Positions 17,435 to 30,723 of a DNA stretch of 35,908 nucleotides are shown here, one piece after another. Under the pieces are notes generated by a model. The model was given only the letters and a program-made list of their open reading frames with translations. It had not been told where the DNA came from and ran no database searches. Position 1 is the first letter of the stretch; each line of letters opens with the position of its first letter. Made by a program: the position numbers and the translations under genes. Origin of the DNA: a virus. Lineage: Duplodnaviria; Caudoviricetes. Where the stretch lies: IMG/VR virus record IMGVR_UViG_3300032296_001124, positions 1 to 35,908 of that record; one strand, given 5' to 3'.

Positions 17435-18720
17435 CAGTTCCAAAGTATCCGGTTGAGATCAGCGATCAAGAAGGTATTGTTGATGGACTCAATTATTTGC
17501 TGTCAGGCCCAGCTGGACTTGGACAGAACTTTCAAGGCTTCAGCAGTTTTAGTCCTGTTTACATTAGACCCACAGTTAGAGGACCATTCACATTACCTTT
17601 GACCACAACACTGAATACAAGTTGGACAGTGACTATACCTATCAGCAACGCAGCGCCAGTAGGCGGCAACCCTAGCAATGAAGTTATATTCACATTTGCT
17701 ACGCCGCAGACCAATCCTCCATTTCAGTTTGGAGATTTGATTGACATCACTGGCGTAATAGACACAGGCACAGACACGCCCTACGATGACTTTAACTATC
17801 GTGTGCTAAGTTGCACCACAACAGATGTCACAGTTTATACCAGCGTTGACTATGTTTGGAATACTTACAGCAGTGGCGGCGATATTATCCGTGATTTCAA
17901 TAACTTTACAATCAGCACAGACTGTAATGCTTTTGTCACTGTAACAGGTCCCACAGACCGTGTGTTCGTTACAGCACAGATTGATTTAAGTTATACCAAT
18001 GTCAGCGCAGATACTGGCGGTGGTGGCCCATATGATTTGTTAGTGCAGATTAATAGATATGTAGGCACACCCAACAGCCTAACGCAGAATAATCCCAATG
18101 ACTTTGCCTTTGACTTTCAACAAACAGTAGCGCAACAGTTATTTCCCCTAAACACAGGATCGGTAACTAGTCCAGATGAACGCACCAGCGTGTTTACCAC
18201 AGCCATTGACGGCCCTAATCTAGCGCCAGGCTTTTACTGGTATATTCTAGAAGTTGCTTTTGTCAACAAGCCAGAACAAATTGCGCCCGATGTTGTCAAT
18301 GATTTCAGCACCAACGGTTATAATTCACAGGCTGGTGAATTGGTAGAAGATGGATTCTACGCTACAGGATTAATGAGCCAAGTTCCAGCGCCGGGCACAA
18401 CTTATGCTGGTATTGCTTTGACAGGTGGATCGGGCATTGGCGCAGTAGCAGATATCACAGTGTATCCAGATCCATTGTTTCCGGGCTATGATATATCGTT
18501 GATCCTAGTTGAAGTGCCCACTCCCGGTGCAGGTTATAAGATAGGCGATGTATTCACAATACCAGGCACTAGCCTAGGTGGCACTACGCCAGAAAATGAT
18601 CTAACATTGACTGTGCTAGAAGTGCAATATATTCCATCTAACCCAGGCTTTCCTCCTGCACAATGCGGCGTCATGGTAGCCAACAACCGTAGCTTAACTG
18701 CCCAAGTGATTAAGCAATAA
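17431..18720 (+). CDS. Virion structural (tail-associated) protein
   Basis: Beta-rich; GGSG.GA...I and G.GY..GD..TI.G..LGG motifs. Confidence 0.65.
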   Translation: MTVPKYPVEISDQEGIVDGLNYLLSGPAGLGQNFQGFSSFSPVYIRPTVRGPFTLPLTTTLNTSWTVTIPISNAAPVGGNPSNEVIFTFATPQTNPPFQFGDLIDITGVIDTGTDTPYDDFNYRVLSCTTTDVTVYTSVDYVWNTYSSGGDIIRDFNNFTISTDCNAFVTVTGPTDRVFVTAQIDLSYTNVSADTGGGGPYDLLVQINRYVGTPNSLTQNNPNDFAFDFQQTVAQQLFPLNTGSVTSPDERTSVFTTAIDGPNLAPGFYWYILEVAFVNKPEQIAPDVVNDFSTNGYNSQAGELVEDGFYATGLMSQVPAPGTTYAGIALTGGSGIGAVADITVYPDPLFPGYDISLILVEVPTPGAGYKIGDVFTIPGTSLGGTTPENDLTLTVLEVQYIPSNPGFPPAQCGVMVANNRSLTAQVIKQ

Positions 18721-18723
18721 ATA
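18718..18723 (+). promoter_or_regulatory. TAAATA late-type promoter
   Basis: Overlaps the upstream stop codon; precedes a GAGGA SD. Confidence 0.55.
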
Positions 18724-18734
18724 TAAGATAATGA

Positions 18735-22151
<3,417 letters not shown>

Positions 22152-22168
22152 TAGCATATTTTTACAAC

Positions 22169-22174
22169 TAAATA
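22169..22174 (+). promoter_or_regulatory. TAAATA late-type promoter
   Basis: Intergenic; precedes a GAGGA SD. Confidence 0.62.
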
Positions 22175-22194
22175 TATAGAACGAGGAAAAACAT

Positions 22195-22914
22195 ATGAGT
22201 TTCGGTAAAAGCAGTCAATCATTTTCGCAAGATCCTAAACTAACTGGAGCACAGGCTGCTCAGGTTGAAGCACAAAACAAGTTCTTTACTGAAACGCTAC
22301 AACCTCTATACAAGCAGGCAGTTACAGGAGCACAAGAAGCCAAAGATTGGGGCATGCCTGGCATTATTGCAGCAGCCCAAAACCAAGCAGGCGTTGCTCG
22401 TCAAGCACAGCAAGCCCTAGGTGAAACAGGCGAAAGTGCGCTACGCAGTGGTATAGCAGGTTTACAAAGCCTGTTTGATCCTAACTACGAGCGCAATCAA
22501 TTAATGGCAGCAATGGCGCCAGCGCAACAACAATATCAACAAAACTTAACTGGTCAGCAAATGGGCTTCGGCGGCGCAGGACAGTTAGGTTCAGCAAGAC
22601 AAGCATTGGCAGGTCGTCAATTAGCCAACGCTACACAAGCAGCACAAATGGCTGCTGCAACAGAAGCACAAAAGAATATCATGGGTCAGCGCATGGCTGC
22701 TGCCGGCACACTAGCACAGCTAGGACAAGGCGGCATGGGTCAAGCAATCGGCGCAGCTGGTGTTCCAGTTACTGCGGCAATGGCTCCACAACAACTATAC
22801 AACCAATATGCCAGCGTATTGTTTGGAACTCCTGCGGCAAGCTATGCCCTAGGACCATATGGACAGAGTGGCAGCAGCACCGGAATGAACTTCGGCATGA
22901 AGTTTATGGGTTAA
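22195..22914 (+). CDS. DNA ejection / pilot protein (Ala/Gln/Gly-rich)
   Basis: Composition and G..GS.R motif; position typical of podovirus internal virion proteins. Confidence 0.6.
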   Translation: MSFGKSSQSFSQDPKLTGAQAAQVEAQNKFFTETLQPLYKQAVTGAQEAKDWGMPGIIAAAQNQAGVARQAQQALGETGESALRSGIAGLQSLFDPNYERNQLMAAMAPAQQQYQQNLTGQQMGFGGAGQLGSARQALAGRQLANATQAAQMAAATEAQKNIMGQRMAAAGTLAQLGQGGMGQAIGAAGVPVTAAMAPQQLYNQYASVLFGTPAASYALGPYGQSGSSTGMNFGMKFMG

Positions 22915-22933
22915 TAATAAAGGTTAAACAACT

Positions 22934-25159
22934 ATGGCGTATATGCAAGACATGATGGCTAATCCAGAATTTGGTTACGAAGATGAAGAAACTCGTCGTC
23001 GTAGACTAGCCCAACAAGCACAGATGCAGCAGCCTGCTACGGCAGTTGCGCCCATTGCTCCGGCTAGAGTAGAAACCATTCCGGATGCCAGTTATACTGC
23101 ACAAATGGAAAGCGGTGGTAACTTCAATATTGGACGCCATGGTGCTAACACTACTGCAACAGGTGCTTATGGTATTACTGCTCCGGCATTCCAAGATGTG
23201 CAACGCAGAGATCCATACTTTGCTAACAAAAGTCTAGAACAACTAACGCCTGAAGAGCAGACTCGTGCTTATTCAGTAGTGCGTCAAAACAATGCAGGAT
23301 ACTTACAGAACTTTGGTGTTGAGCCCAACGATGCTAACCTACGCCTAGCGCATTTCCTAGGCGCCAAAGGCGCAGCAGATTATATCAAAGAAGGCAAAGT
23401 AAGCCCCGATGCTGCCAAGTTCAATGGCGGTGAAGAAAATGTTCGTAGAATTGCTGATGCAAGACTGCGTGGACAAGCAGCACCCAGCAGCGGCGCAGCA
23501 CAAGGTCCACAACCAGTAGCCCCAGTAGCTCCGCAACAGTTAGGTCAATTTGATCTAGCGCAAGGACAAGGCATGCCAGGCCTGCGTATGCCAGGTGTTA
23601 CTCCTGGTGTTACGCCACAGCCTGATGTTACACGCACAGCAATTGATTTTTATCAAAACGCACAAGACAATCCACAAGAATTATTGAAACTACGCAGCGA
23701 TGAAAACGCACCAGAATTCCTGCGTCGTCGTGCTGCGGATCGTGCTTACGAATTAATGGACCAAGAAGTCAAACAGCGTCAAGCACAGGAACAAGTTCAA
23801 GCTCTAACACAAGGTGTTGCACAAGGCGATCCTAAGAGTGCTAGAGAAATGAGCAAACTGTTGACACAGCAAGAAGGATCATGGGCCAAATATATTCTAT
23901 TAGGCTTTATCAGTCCAGACTTAGCCAAAGAAGAAGCAATCAAATTAGGCTTTGGTAATAAATGGCAAAGTGCTCAAACAGCAGATGGTCAAAGCGGACT
24001 TGTTGAATACAATGCTAAAGGTTTACCATTGCGTGGCGTCAAAGCAGACGGCACAGAGATGAATCAAAAAGAATTAATCAGTTACGCTACCAGTGGCGCA
24101 GCTGGCAAAGTTGCTACCAGCGGCACATTCTTCCAAACACCACAAGGACAGATCCTAAGAGCACAAAGCGATGACAAGGGCAACACAAGATTAGTTGATG
24201 CTGCCAGTGGTGCTCGTTACACAGGTTCTACACAGGGCTTGACCAGTCTTACTGAAGCAGGTGGCATGCGTAGAATGGATCGTCAACTTACCATTGACCT
24301 TGCTAAGAAACATGGACAGAATGTTCTTGAAGCAGAAAAAGAATATGTTAGCCTTAATGGACCGTTTAAGACTCCAGAAGAGCGCAGTCAGTTCCGTGAA
24401 GCATATGGATTTAGTCTAGCGCAACCCAGTGCAGCACCCGGAGTTGCTCCTAGTGCTCAAGCAGCACCCGCAGCCGGACCTAGCATGGCACAACAAGCTG
24501 CCGCAGGTAAACCAGTTGCGCCGGGCCCAATGCCTGCCGCTGCTCCAGCCCGTGCTCCTGCCGCTGCTCCAAGTCAAGTTAATGTGCCATTAGCACAGCA
24601 ACAAGCTGCCGCAGCCGGCGCTAAGAAAGCAGAAGAAGTTGTTGGCGAAGACATTGGCAAGTTAAGAGCAGGTATTGGCAAAGCAGAACGCAATGCTGAT
24701 TACTTGTTGACCAAAGTTGACCAACTATTAACACATCCAGGCTTTGAAGTCAGCGTGGGTGCCAGCGCACAGCCATTCTTCCAACTTATTCCCGGCACTG
24801 ACAAAGCAGATTGGTATGCACGATTTAAAGAAGTTCAAGGTCAGCAGTTCTTACAAGCTATTGAATCACTGCGCGGCACTGGCAGCATTACTGAAAAAGA
24901 AGGTATTGAAGCCAAAGCAGCTATTAGCCGTATGAGCACAAGCCAAAGTGAAGCAGAATTTAGGACAGCAGCACAAGACTTCCAGAACATTGTCAAGCGC
25001 GGCATTGATGCTAGCCGTAGTAAATTAGGACAAGCATCAAAGTATGGCACAGCGCCAGAAAGTGAACTAGCAGATAAAGATCGTCAAGCACTTGAATGGG
25101 CTAACAAGAATCCTAACGATCCTCGTGCTGCTGAAATTAAACGCAGATTGGGCAAGTAA
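22934..25159 (+). CDS. Internal virion / ejection protein with N-terminal lytic transglycosylase (lysozyme-fold) domain
   Basis: Catalytic ESGG, then ATGAYGIT and LAHFLG.GA motifs; C-terminal G.GSITEKEG motif. Confidence 0.75.
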   Translation: MAYMQDMMANPEFGYEDEETRRRRLAQQAQMQQPATAVAPIAPARVETIPDASYTAQMESGGNFNIGRHGANTTATGAYGITAPAFQDVQRRDPYFANKSLEQLTPEEQTRAYSVVRQNNAGYLQNFGVEPNDANLRLAHFLGAKGAADYIKEGKVSPDAAKFNGGEENVRRIADARLRGQAAPSSGAAQGPQPVAPVAPQQLGQFDLAQGQGMPGLRMPGVTPGVTPQPDVTRTAIDFYQNAQDNPQELLKLRSDENAPEFLRRRAADRAYELMDQEVKQRQAQEQVQALTQGVAQGDPKSAREMSKLLTQQEGSWAKYILLGFISPDLAKEEAIKLGFGNKWQSAQTADGQSGLVEYNAKGLPLRGVKADGTEMNQKELISYATSGAAGKVATSGTFFQTPQGQILRAQSDDKGNTRLVDAASGARYTGSTQGLTSLTEAGGMRRMDRQLTIDLAKKHGQNVLEAEKEYVSLNGPFKTPEERSQFREAYGFSLAQPSAAPGVAPSAQAAPAAGPSMAQQAAAGKPVAPGPMPAAAPARAPAAAPSQVNVPLAQQQAAAAGAKKAEEVVGEDIGKLRAGIGKAERNADYLLTKVDQLLTHPGFEVSVGASAQPFFQLIPGTDKADWYARFKEVQGQQFLQAIESLRGTGSITEKEGIEAKAAISRMSTSQSEAEFRTAAQDFQNIVKRGIDASRSKLGQASKYGTAPESELADKDRQALEWANKNPNDPRAAEIKRRLGK

Positions 25160-26136
25160 TGGCAGAGTTTGATCCAGATGAATATCTAGGCATAAAGAAA
25201 AAAGACACTGAACAAGGTTTTGATCCTGATCAGTATCTTGCTGAAACAGCACCTAGACCTGATATGGGCGAACCTAGCTCAACACTAGGTGCAGGTGGTG
25301 TTGTCAGTGCCGCTACAAGAAATATTCCTACTGGTGCAGCACAGGCAGGTAAAGTTATTGCCGGCGCTGTTGCTCCTTATGCCAAAGAAGTTGCCAAAGG
25401 CTATGTGGCCAAACCATTAACTGCCATAGCAGATGCAGTATTAATGGGCACAGGTGTTCCTCCATTGGTAGGACCAGCAGCAGGTATGATGGATCGTGCT
25501 GGTGCAGTCAAGCAAGGCATGATAGAAGCCAGCAAACAGGCCAGCATGGGCGCACCTGCACTAAGTCCAGTCAAAGGCGTGCCAACCACAGCCACAGTTC
25601 GTCCATATTTTGACATGTTGAAATCGGCTCCCGGTGAAGTTGCTGACAAGATCAGTGACATTTGGAATACACAAGGCGGTAACAATGCAGTTAAGCGTTG
25701 GTTAAACAGCGCAGAAGGACAAGCACTAAGACAATCCATACCAGAGTTTGGTGCCAATGCTGCCAAATATATTGAAGCAGCACCCAGCATGTTACAACAA
25801 GCAGGCCGCATGATGAAACCATTGGCCATGGGCGCAGCCCGTGTAGCAGGTCCAGTGGGCTTAGCCTACGATGTGTCACAGGCCATGCCATACTTAGAAC
25901 AAGCTGAAGTTGGTCGCCGCACACAAAGTGGTGAAGTTGGTCAAATGATGCGCCAAGCACGCCGCGCACAATTAAACGCACCTACTGCTGCACCATTAAC
26001 AGCACAGGAAGCAGCCAATCTAGTGGCCAGTGGCGATCAACGAATGATGCAGATATATAAAGAAGATGCTGAGATTAAGAATTTAATGCGCCGTAAGGCA
26101 GCAGAAAAGGTTCTTGGCCCAGTAGCACCAAGATAA
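25159..26136 (+). CDS. Ejection-type protein (Ala-rich; N-terminal FDPD.YL repeat)
   Basis: TAATG coupling; FDPDEYL/FDPDQYL duplication. Confidence 0.6.
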   Translation: MAEFDPDEYLGIKKKDTEQGFDPDQYLAETAPRPDMGEPSSTLGAGGVVSAATRNIPTGAAQAGKVIAGAVAPYAKEVAKGYVAKPLTAIADAVLMGTGVPPLVGPAAGMMDRAGAVKQGMIEASKQASMGAPALSPVKGVPTTATVRPYFDMLKSAPGEVADKISDIWNTQGGNNAVKRWLNSAEGQALRQSIPEFGANAAKYIEAAPSMLQQAGRMMKPLAMGAARVAGPVGLAYDVSQAMPYLEQAEVGRRTQSGEVGQMMRQARRAQLNAPTAAPLTAQEAANLVASGDQRMMQIYKEDAEIKNLMRRKAAEKVLGPVAPR

Positions 26137-26144
26137 GGACCAAC

Positions 26145-26576
26145 ATGACCACAGTAGAACAACTAACACAAGTATTCAATGACAACTTTGTTGCGTATTA
26201 TCGCAGCCATGTAGCACATGTCAACATAGTAGGACGCAACTTCTTCAGTGATCATGAGCTATTGGGTGGCATTTACGAAGAACTGCAAGGTCAAGTAGAT
26301 GTGCTAGCAGAATTATTACGCAGCCTACAGGCATTCATGCCCAATGACATTCATGCTGTAATGATGGACAGCAAAATTATGCCAGATCCTATTGAAGGTG
26401 ACAGCGATGAACTGCTGACATTTGTTAAAGATGATTTACTGCAACTCAAAGGCTGCTACGAAGAACTAATGGTAGTAGCCGAAGCAGAAGGACATGAAGA
26501 AATAGCCAATTACGCACAAGAACGCATATTGGCTTTGGCTAAACATGTTTGGATGTTGGATTCAACTTTAGGTTAA
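26145..26576 (+). CDS. dps: Dps / ferritin-like protein
   Basis: H..H.N..G..F...H......Y.......D..AE ferroxidase signature and C-terminal K..WML. Confidence 0.88.
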   Translation: MTTVEQLTQVFNDNFVAYYRSHVAHVNIVGRNFFSDHELLGGIYEELQGQVDVLAELLRSLQAFMPNDIHAVMMDSKIMPDPIEGDSDELLTFVKDDLLQLKGCYEELMVVAEAEGHEEIANYAQERILALAKHVWMLDSTLG

Positions 26577-26653
26577 GCCGTCCGGAGCACTAAGAGTAAC
26601 CTAGAGATTTTACGGCTTTCCCTCTAGGGCAACAAGGGAATTGGCAGACCCAA

Positions 26654-27154
26654 CTATGTCGTGCTCAACTCTACACGCTTATATGCATAACTACCACGCA
26701 CATCAAATCCTGCGCGAGCATGTAGTTTCAAAAATCCATCTTGCTCACGGCGCATGGTAGTGCTACAAATTATAGGACATTGAATCTGCTGTGCGAACAA
26801 TTGCCATATTTCTATCATATCTTTTACCAATTCTACTCTTAGTTTTGTTGATAGATCTAGGCCCACATGCGCCATACGAACCACAATCATTGGATCATCG
26901 CTCCATGGAGCCCGTTCGCCCGCTCGCGCCCAAGTGTATGCCAACAGTGCCTGATTGCCATCCCTTGCAACATATAGCAGTTCAGTATTGGGTTGATAGA
27001 ATTGTGTTACTACAGCAAAAGTAATATTTCTACTGTAGGCTATTGGTTCAGGACGGAAGATAGTGTCTATCTCAGTTTGGAAATGTTGTTCTGCCATGTT
27101 GACGATGTCTTGCACATCCGTGCCCACAGCAGGTCGCCAGTTATGTCTAATCAT
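26654..27154 (-). CDS. GNAT-family acetyltransferase (only minus-strand gene; start MIRHNWRPA...)
   Basis: WRPA...D...I start; ...FLKLH.RAGF motif; AAAGG SD; own TAAATA promoter on the minus strand. Confidence 0.72.
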   Translation of the reverse strand: MIRHNWRPAVGTDVQDIVNMAEQHFQTEIDTIFRPEPIAYSRNITFAVVTQFYQPNTELLYVARDGNQALLAYTWARAGERAPWSDDPMIVVRMAHVGLDLSTKLRVELVKDMIEIWQLFAQQIQCPIICSTTMRREQDGFLKLHARAGFDVRGSYAYKRVELSTT

Positions 27155-27183
27155 TGCTTTGCCTTTCAAAAGTTATCACACTG

Positions 27184-27202
27184 TATTTAACTAGTATAAA
27201 TA
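27184..27202. promoter_or_regulatory. Back-to-back divergent late promoters: TAAATA (minus, 27184-27189) and TATAAATA (plus, 27195-27202)
   Basis: TATTTA-ACTAG-TATAAATA between divergent genes. Confidence 0.78.
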
Positions 27203-27207
27203 CATAT

Positions 27208-27555
27208 ATGGAAAAGAATATGACACCCCCAGTAAAGACCGGTAAACGAGGCGGCAAGCGCGAAGGCTCTGGCCGTAAAAAAGGCAGCACTAATCTATTG
27301 AGTGCCACAGATTTATTGGCCAGCATCAAAGCTACCAGTAAAAAAGAATACGCACAAATACTAGCAGAAGATTTTGAGTTTGCTAGAAAGTATCCTGACC
27401 CCAACTTGTTGGCCAAGTATCACCAATTGATTCTAAACAAAGTTATGACCACACTTAGCACAGTAGAAGTCACTGACAGCGCAGAATCAGTTGAAGCTAA
27501 ACGACAAGCCTTTGCTGATGCATTGGCCAAAATGTCGGGGCTAAAACAGGAATAA
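27208..27555 (+). CDS. Terminase small subunit candidate
   Basis: RGGKREGSGRKKGS.N N-terminal motif common in TerS-like proteins; helical; upstream of terL. Confidence 0.55.
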   Translation: MEKNMTPPVKTGKRGGKREGSGRKKGSTNLLSATDLLASIKATSKKEYAQILAEDFEFARKYPDPNLLAKYHQLILNKVMTTLSTVEVTDSAESVEAKRQAFADALAKMSGLKQE

Positions 27556-27558
27556 ATA
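27553..27558 (+). promoter_or_regulatory. TAAATA promoter 5 nt before ATG 27564
   Basis: TAAATA-CTATT-ATG. Confidence 0.6.
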
Positions 27559-27563
27559 CTATT

Positions 27564-27722
27564 ATGCCGTTAACTAAATCAACTAGTAAAAAAGCATTCC
27601 AGAAGAATGTCAAAACTGAAATTGCTGCTGGCAAGCCCGTTAAGCAGGCTGTGGCAATCGCATACGCTACTAAGCGTGAAGCGGCTAAAAAGACTACTAA
27701 GTCAAAAGGAAAGAAAAAATGA
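27564..27722 (+). CDS. Small basic phage protein (52 aa, MPLTKSTSKKAFQKNVKTEIAAGKPVKQAVAIAY...), absent from the ORF track
   Basis: Recognisable K.S.K....NI..E...GKP.KQAVAIA pattern of small phage proteins; ATGA overlap. Confidence 0.85.
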   Translation: MPLTKSTSKKAFQKNVKTEIAAGKPVKQAVAIAYATKREAAKKTTKSKGKKK

Positions 27723-28177
27723 AAGAATCCAAAGATCAAAAGGGCGGCTTACCTTACTTTCAAGGTCCTGGTTTTAGCCGTGGCAGCGACAAGTTTGCTC
27801 ACAACCAATGGAGTGGCCACAGCAATGATGGTCGCCTAGTAAACAAAGGTCGTGGCCCTACCAAAGGCAACGAAGATCACAAGCCTATGGCTGTTGGTCC
27901 TGCAGCAACCAAGGATGCATATCGTCCTGTTCCTCAGTGCCATACACCCAGCGTTCAGCAGGGCAAAGAATTATTCACTGGCACTACACAAGTTCGTAAT
28001 CCCGGTGGCACACGCAGCTGGGATCCACAAAAGGGTCAAAACTACAAGGGCAATCCTGACAAGATCAATGTCAGTGGTTACAGTATGGGCGATGGCAAGA
28101 TGGCCAAAGGCAACCGCCCTGTTAAGAGTCCAACCAATCCCGATGGTATGAACTACGGTCCAAAGAAACAATATTGA
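27719..28177 (+). CDS. Gly/Lys/Pro-rich disordered protein
   Basis: AAGGA SD; contains GRGPTKGN motif. Confidence 0.75.
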   Translation: MKESKDQKGGLPYFQGPGFSRGSDKFAHNQWSGHSNDGRLVNKGRGPTKGNEDHKPMAVGPAATKDAYRPVPQCHTPSVQQGKELFTGTTQVRNPGGTRSWDPQKGQNYKGNPDKINVSGYSMGDGKMAKGNRPVKSPTNPDGMNYGPKKQY

Positions 28178-28187
28178 TAGGTGACAT

Positions 28188-28526
28188 ATGACAGCATATC
28201 AAATCGCAGGTCCTGCATTTACACTAGCCGCTGATGTTACACCGGCAACCGGTGATGTTACCTTCAGTGAAGTAGCAGGCAATTTAGGTGGCGGCAAGGC
28301 ACCATTGTTCTTAAAAGTAACCAACCCCAGCACCAGTGTTCCTGTTTTCTTTGACGCAAAGTTAACAACATTGACTGTGGCAACAGCAGGCACAGTAATT
28401 GGTCCGGGTCAAACTGAATTTATTCAAGTATTGACATCACAGGCTTTTCAAACTGTTTATGTTGCAGCCAGTGCGGCCAGCGCAGTAACAATATATGTTA
28501 CACCAGTAACAGTAGTAGGAGCATAA
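28188..28526 (+). CDS. Small beta-sandwich virion protein (decoration-like)
   Basis: AGGTG SD; L.V.N.....V......G..I.PG..E pattern. Confidence 0.65.
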   Translation: MTAYQIAGPAFTLAADVTPATGDVTFSEVAGNLGGGKAPLFLKVTNPSTSVPVFFDAKLTTLTVATAGTVIGPGQTEFIQVLTSQAFQTVYVAASAASAVTIYVTPVTVVGA

Positions 28527-28527
28527 C

Positions 28528-28800
28528 ATGTCAACAAATCCAATGAGCAAACCAATTAATCAAAAGCGTGGTCCACAAGTAGGCAATGCCGGTATGGGCA
28601 CCAAGCGAGCAGACTTTATGGCTGAGAAAAGCAAGACCAGCAGCGAAAAGGCTGCGTTGGCCAATATGGTCACTGATGCACTAGCAATGCGTGGTCGTGA
28701 TAACCGTAGTGCTCGCAAGCCTGGCGTAGAAAGTCTACATGACACAACCAATGTTGGTCGTGGTCCTACCAAGGGCAACGCTGGCAAGAAAAGCAAGTGA
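28528..28800 (+). CDS. Small basic disordered protein
   Basis: AGGAG SD; RGPQVGN and GRGPTKGN motifs. Confidence 0.75.
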   Translation: MSTNPMSKPINQKRGPQVGNAGMGTKRADFMAEKSKTSSEKAALANMVTDALAMRGRDNRSARKPGVESLHDTTNVGRGPTKGNAGKKSK

Positions 28801-28931
28801 AGCCAAAGAAACCTAAAGCGCCTAAGCCCATGCCCAAGGCGCCAAAGAAACCTAAGACACCTAATCCTAAATTGGGCAGTAAGAATCCTGCTGCAAGAAA
28901 AGGTGCATTAGGCGCAAGCAGCGGATATTAA
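28797..28931 (+). CDS. Lys/Pro-rich peptide (44 aa, GTG start), absent from the ORF track
   Basis: GTGA overlap; KPKKPKAPKP repeats fill the gap to the next SD. Confidence 0.55.
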   Translation: MKPKKPKAPKPMPKAPKKPKTPNPKLGSKNPAARKGALGASSGY

Positions 28932-28941
28932 GGAACATATT

Positions 28942-29871
28942 ATGAGCATGTCAAGTGGAGGCAAGTCAAGCGGCGGCAATCAGCCCAGCAACTTATCGCC
29001 TGATCAACAGAATCAAATTCAAAATCAAACAGGCAACTTCACCGGTGGCTTGAATATGACGCCCAACAACATGTATGGCACAACTCCACAAGTTGGCAAT
29101 CAACCTCCACAACAGCAGCCAGGCGGCGTTCCACAAGTTGGTAATCAAACTCCGCAGGTAGGATCGCCCGGCATTGGTGGTAATTTAACTCAACAACAGC
29201 GAGATTATTTTGATTATAAGAAAAATAATCCGCAAAGCAGTTATTATGATTATCTATCTTTTGGACCAAACGCTCAACCGGGTGATCAACTCAGTTTTGA
29301 TCAACGACAGTCTATGTTGGGTTTAAAACCGGTTTATGGTAACACTCCCCCGATGGCAACAGTTTCGCCAGAAATATTGGGCTATCAAACTGAAGCCGGC
29401 GATTATCTAGATCTAGAAGGTAATTCAATGGCACCGCCTTCATCAATGCCAAATTTGAATTCGCCCATACCTAGCAATTACGCAGGACTGGGAGATGTTG
29501 CTTTATCTAGGCTTGGTTGGAAGCCTGGCAGCCCATTGCCGGCGCCAGATGTTTTGCAGAAAGCTATAGCAGATGTGCGTCAAGGCGGTTTTGCTGGCCT
29601 AATGCAGCCTACTCCGGCACTACCTCCGCAAGTAGCACAACCTGCGCCTGCTGCTAGACTAAACCCGTTTGTTAAACCTCCGCAGGCACAAGTTGGTAAA
29701 ACAATATTGCGAGCACCAACACAGCAACAGCTACAGGCAAGACAAGCACAACAACCAGTGCGTAGACCGGCGCCAGTAGCACAGCCAAGAGTTGCACCAC
29801 AACCTGCGCCAGTGCGTAGACCCAGTGTGCAACCTCCGTTGATGCCCGGTCGCCCAATGCGTAGAAGATAA
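28942..29871 (+). CDS. Pro/Gln-rich low-complexity protein
   Basis: AAGGA SD; PQVGN repeats. Confidence 0.7.
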   Translation: MSMSSGGKSSGGNQPSNLSPDQQNQIQNQTGNFTGGLNMTPNNMYGTTPQVGNQPPQQQPGGVPQVGNQTPQVGSPGIGGNLTQQQRDYFDYKKNNPQSSYYDYLSFGPNAQPGDQLSFDQRQSMLGLKPVYGNTPPMATVSPEILGYQTEAGDYLDLEGNSMAPPSSMPNLNSPIPSNYAGLGDVALSRLGWKPGSPLPAPDVLQKAIADVRQGGFAGLMQPTPALPPQVAQPAPAARLNPFVKPPQAQVGKTILRAPTQQQLQARQAQQPVRRPAPVAQPRVAPQPAPVRRPSVQPPLMPGRPMRRR

Positions 29872-29874
29872 CAC

Positions 29875-29904
29875 TAAATACATGGTAGGACAGAATCCTA
29901 CCAT
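29875..29904 (+). promoter_or_regulatory. TAAATA promoter followed by a perfect 9-bp hairpin
   Basis: TAAATA 29875-29880; ATGGTAGGA-CAGAA-TCCTACCAT 29882-29904. Confidence 0.62.
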
Positions 29905-29931
29905 ATTACATTGCATAGTAAAGGAAATGAT

Positions 29932-30723
29932 ATGAAAAAAACCACCAAGTCTCCAGCCGAAGACAATGTATGGGACGATGTAACAGCAGAAGAAGTTCAT
30001 GCTGTAGCAGAACAAATCGCAGGTCCCGTAGATAAACCCACCCCTCCCCCAGCACTACACACAGTAGAATTTGACATGGAAGGTCTAATGACTGACTTTC
30101 CCACTGCCCGAGAACTAGAGCGTTTTGTCTACGACGAAACTGGCATTGTGCTAAACTTAAAAGGTCGTGCCAACAAACTCAAATACCAAGTTGCACTAGA
30201 TGTCTTAAATGGCAAAGAAGTTGATCCAGTGTTTACTGGCAGCGAAAATCCTTATGTTGACAAAACAGAATTAATTCCTGTTGAAGAACTACGAGATCCT
30301 CCCGCTCGTGATCCTAAACTACCTGCTCGCACAGAAGTGCAAAACTTGTTTGTCAGCAATCAAATTCCTCACACTGACTTTGAAGAGCGTGCCAAAGATA
30401 AAAAGATCAATGTTATTTTCCGCAAATACAAAAGCGGTGAAATCAGTTATGAAATCCTAGGCCCTGTTAACCAGCGTCCATTTGGCACTAAGTTAGACAA
30501 GTTTGGCCGTGAGCGTCCAGAAGTTATCAAGTGGATTGATCCACGCAAGGGCGAACAAATTGTTGTGCGTGAAGATGGCACATTGACACCGCAAGGTCGT
30601 AAACTTCGTGCCTTAATGCAGACATTCAAAGTCAACAGCAGCAACCAATGGGACACTTGGATTGACCGTGAATTTGTCAGCTTAACTGAAAACATTGCTC
30701 TAAATGTTTGGGATGACAAATGA
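29932..30723 (+). CDS. Hypothetical protein (263 aa) upstream of terminase
   Basis: AAGGA SD before ATG 29932. Confidence 0.8.
   Translation: MKKTTKSPAEDNVWDDVTAEEVHAVAEQIAGPVDKPTPPPALHTVEFDMEGLMTDFPTARELERFVYDETGIVLNLKGRANKLKYQVALDVLNGKEVDPVFTGSENPYVDKTELIPVEELRDPPARDPKLPARTEVQNLFVSNQIPHTDFEERAKDKKINVIFRKYKSGEISYEILGPVNQRPFGTKLDKFGRERPEVIKWIDPRKGEQIVVREDGTLTPQGRKLRALMQTFKVNSSNQWDTWIDREFVSLTENIALNVWDDK

Noticed and set aside
26600-26628. Hairpin CCTAGAG/CTCTAGG between convergent dps and GNAT genes as a terminator
   Set aside because: Large loop and no U-tract on either side; too weak to call
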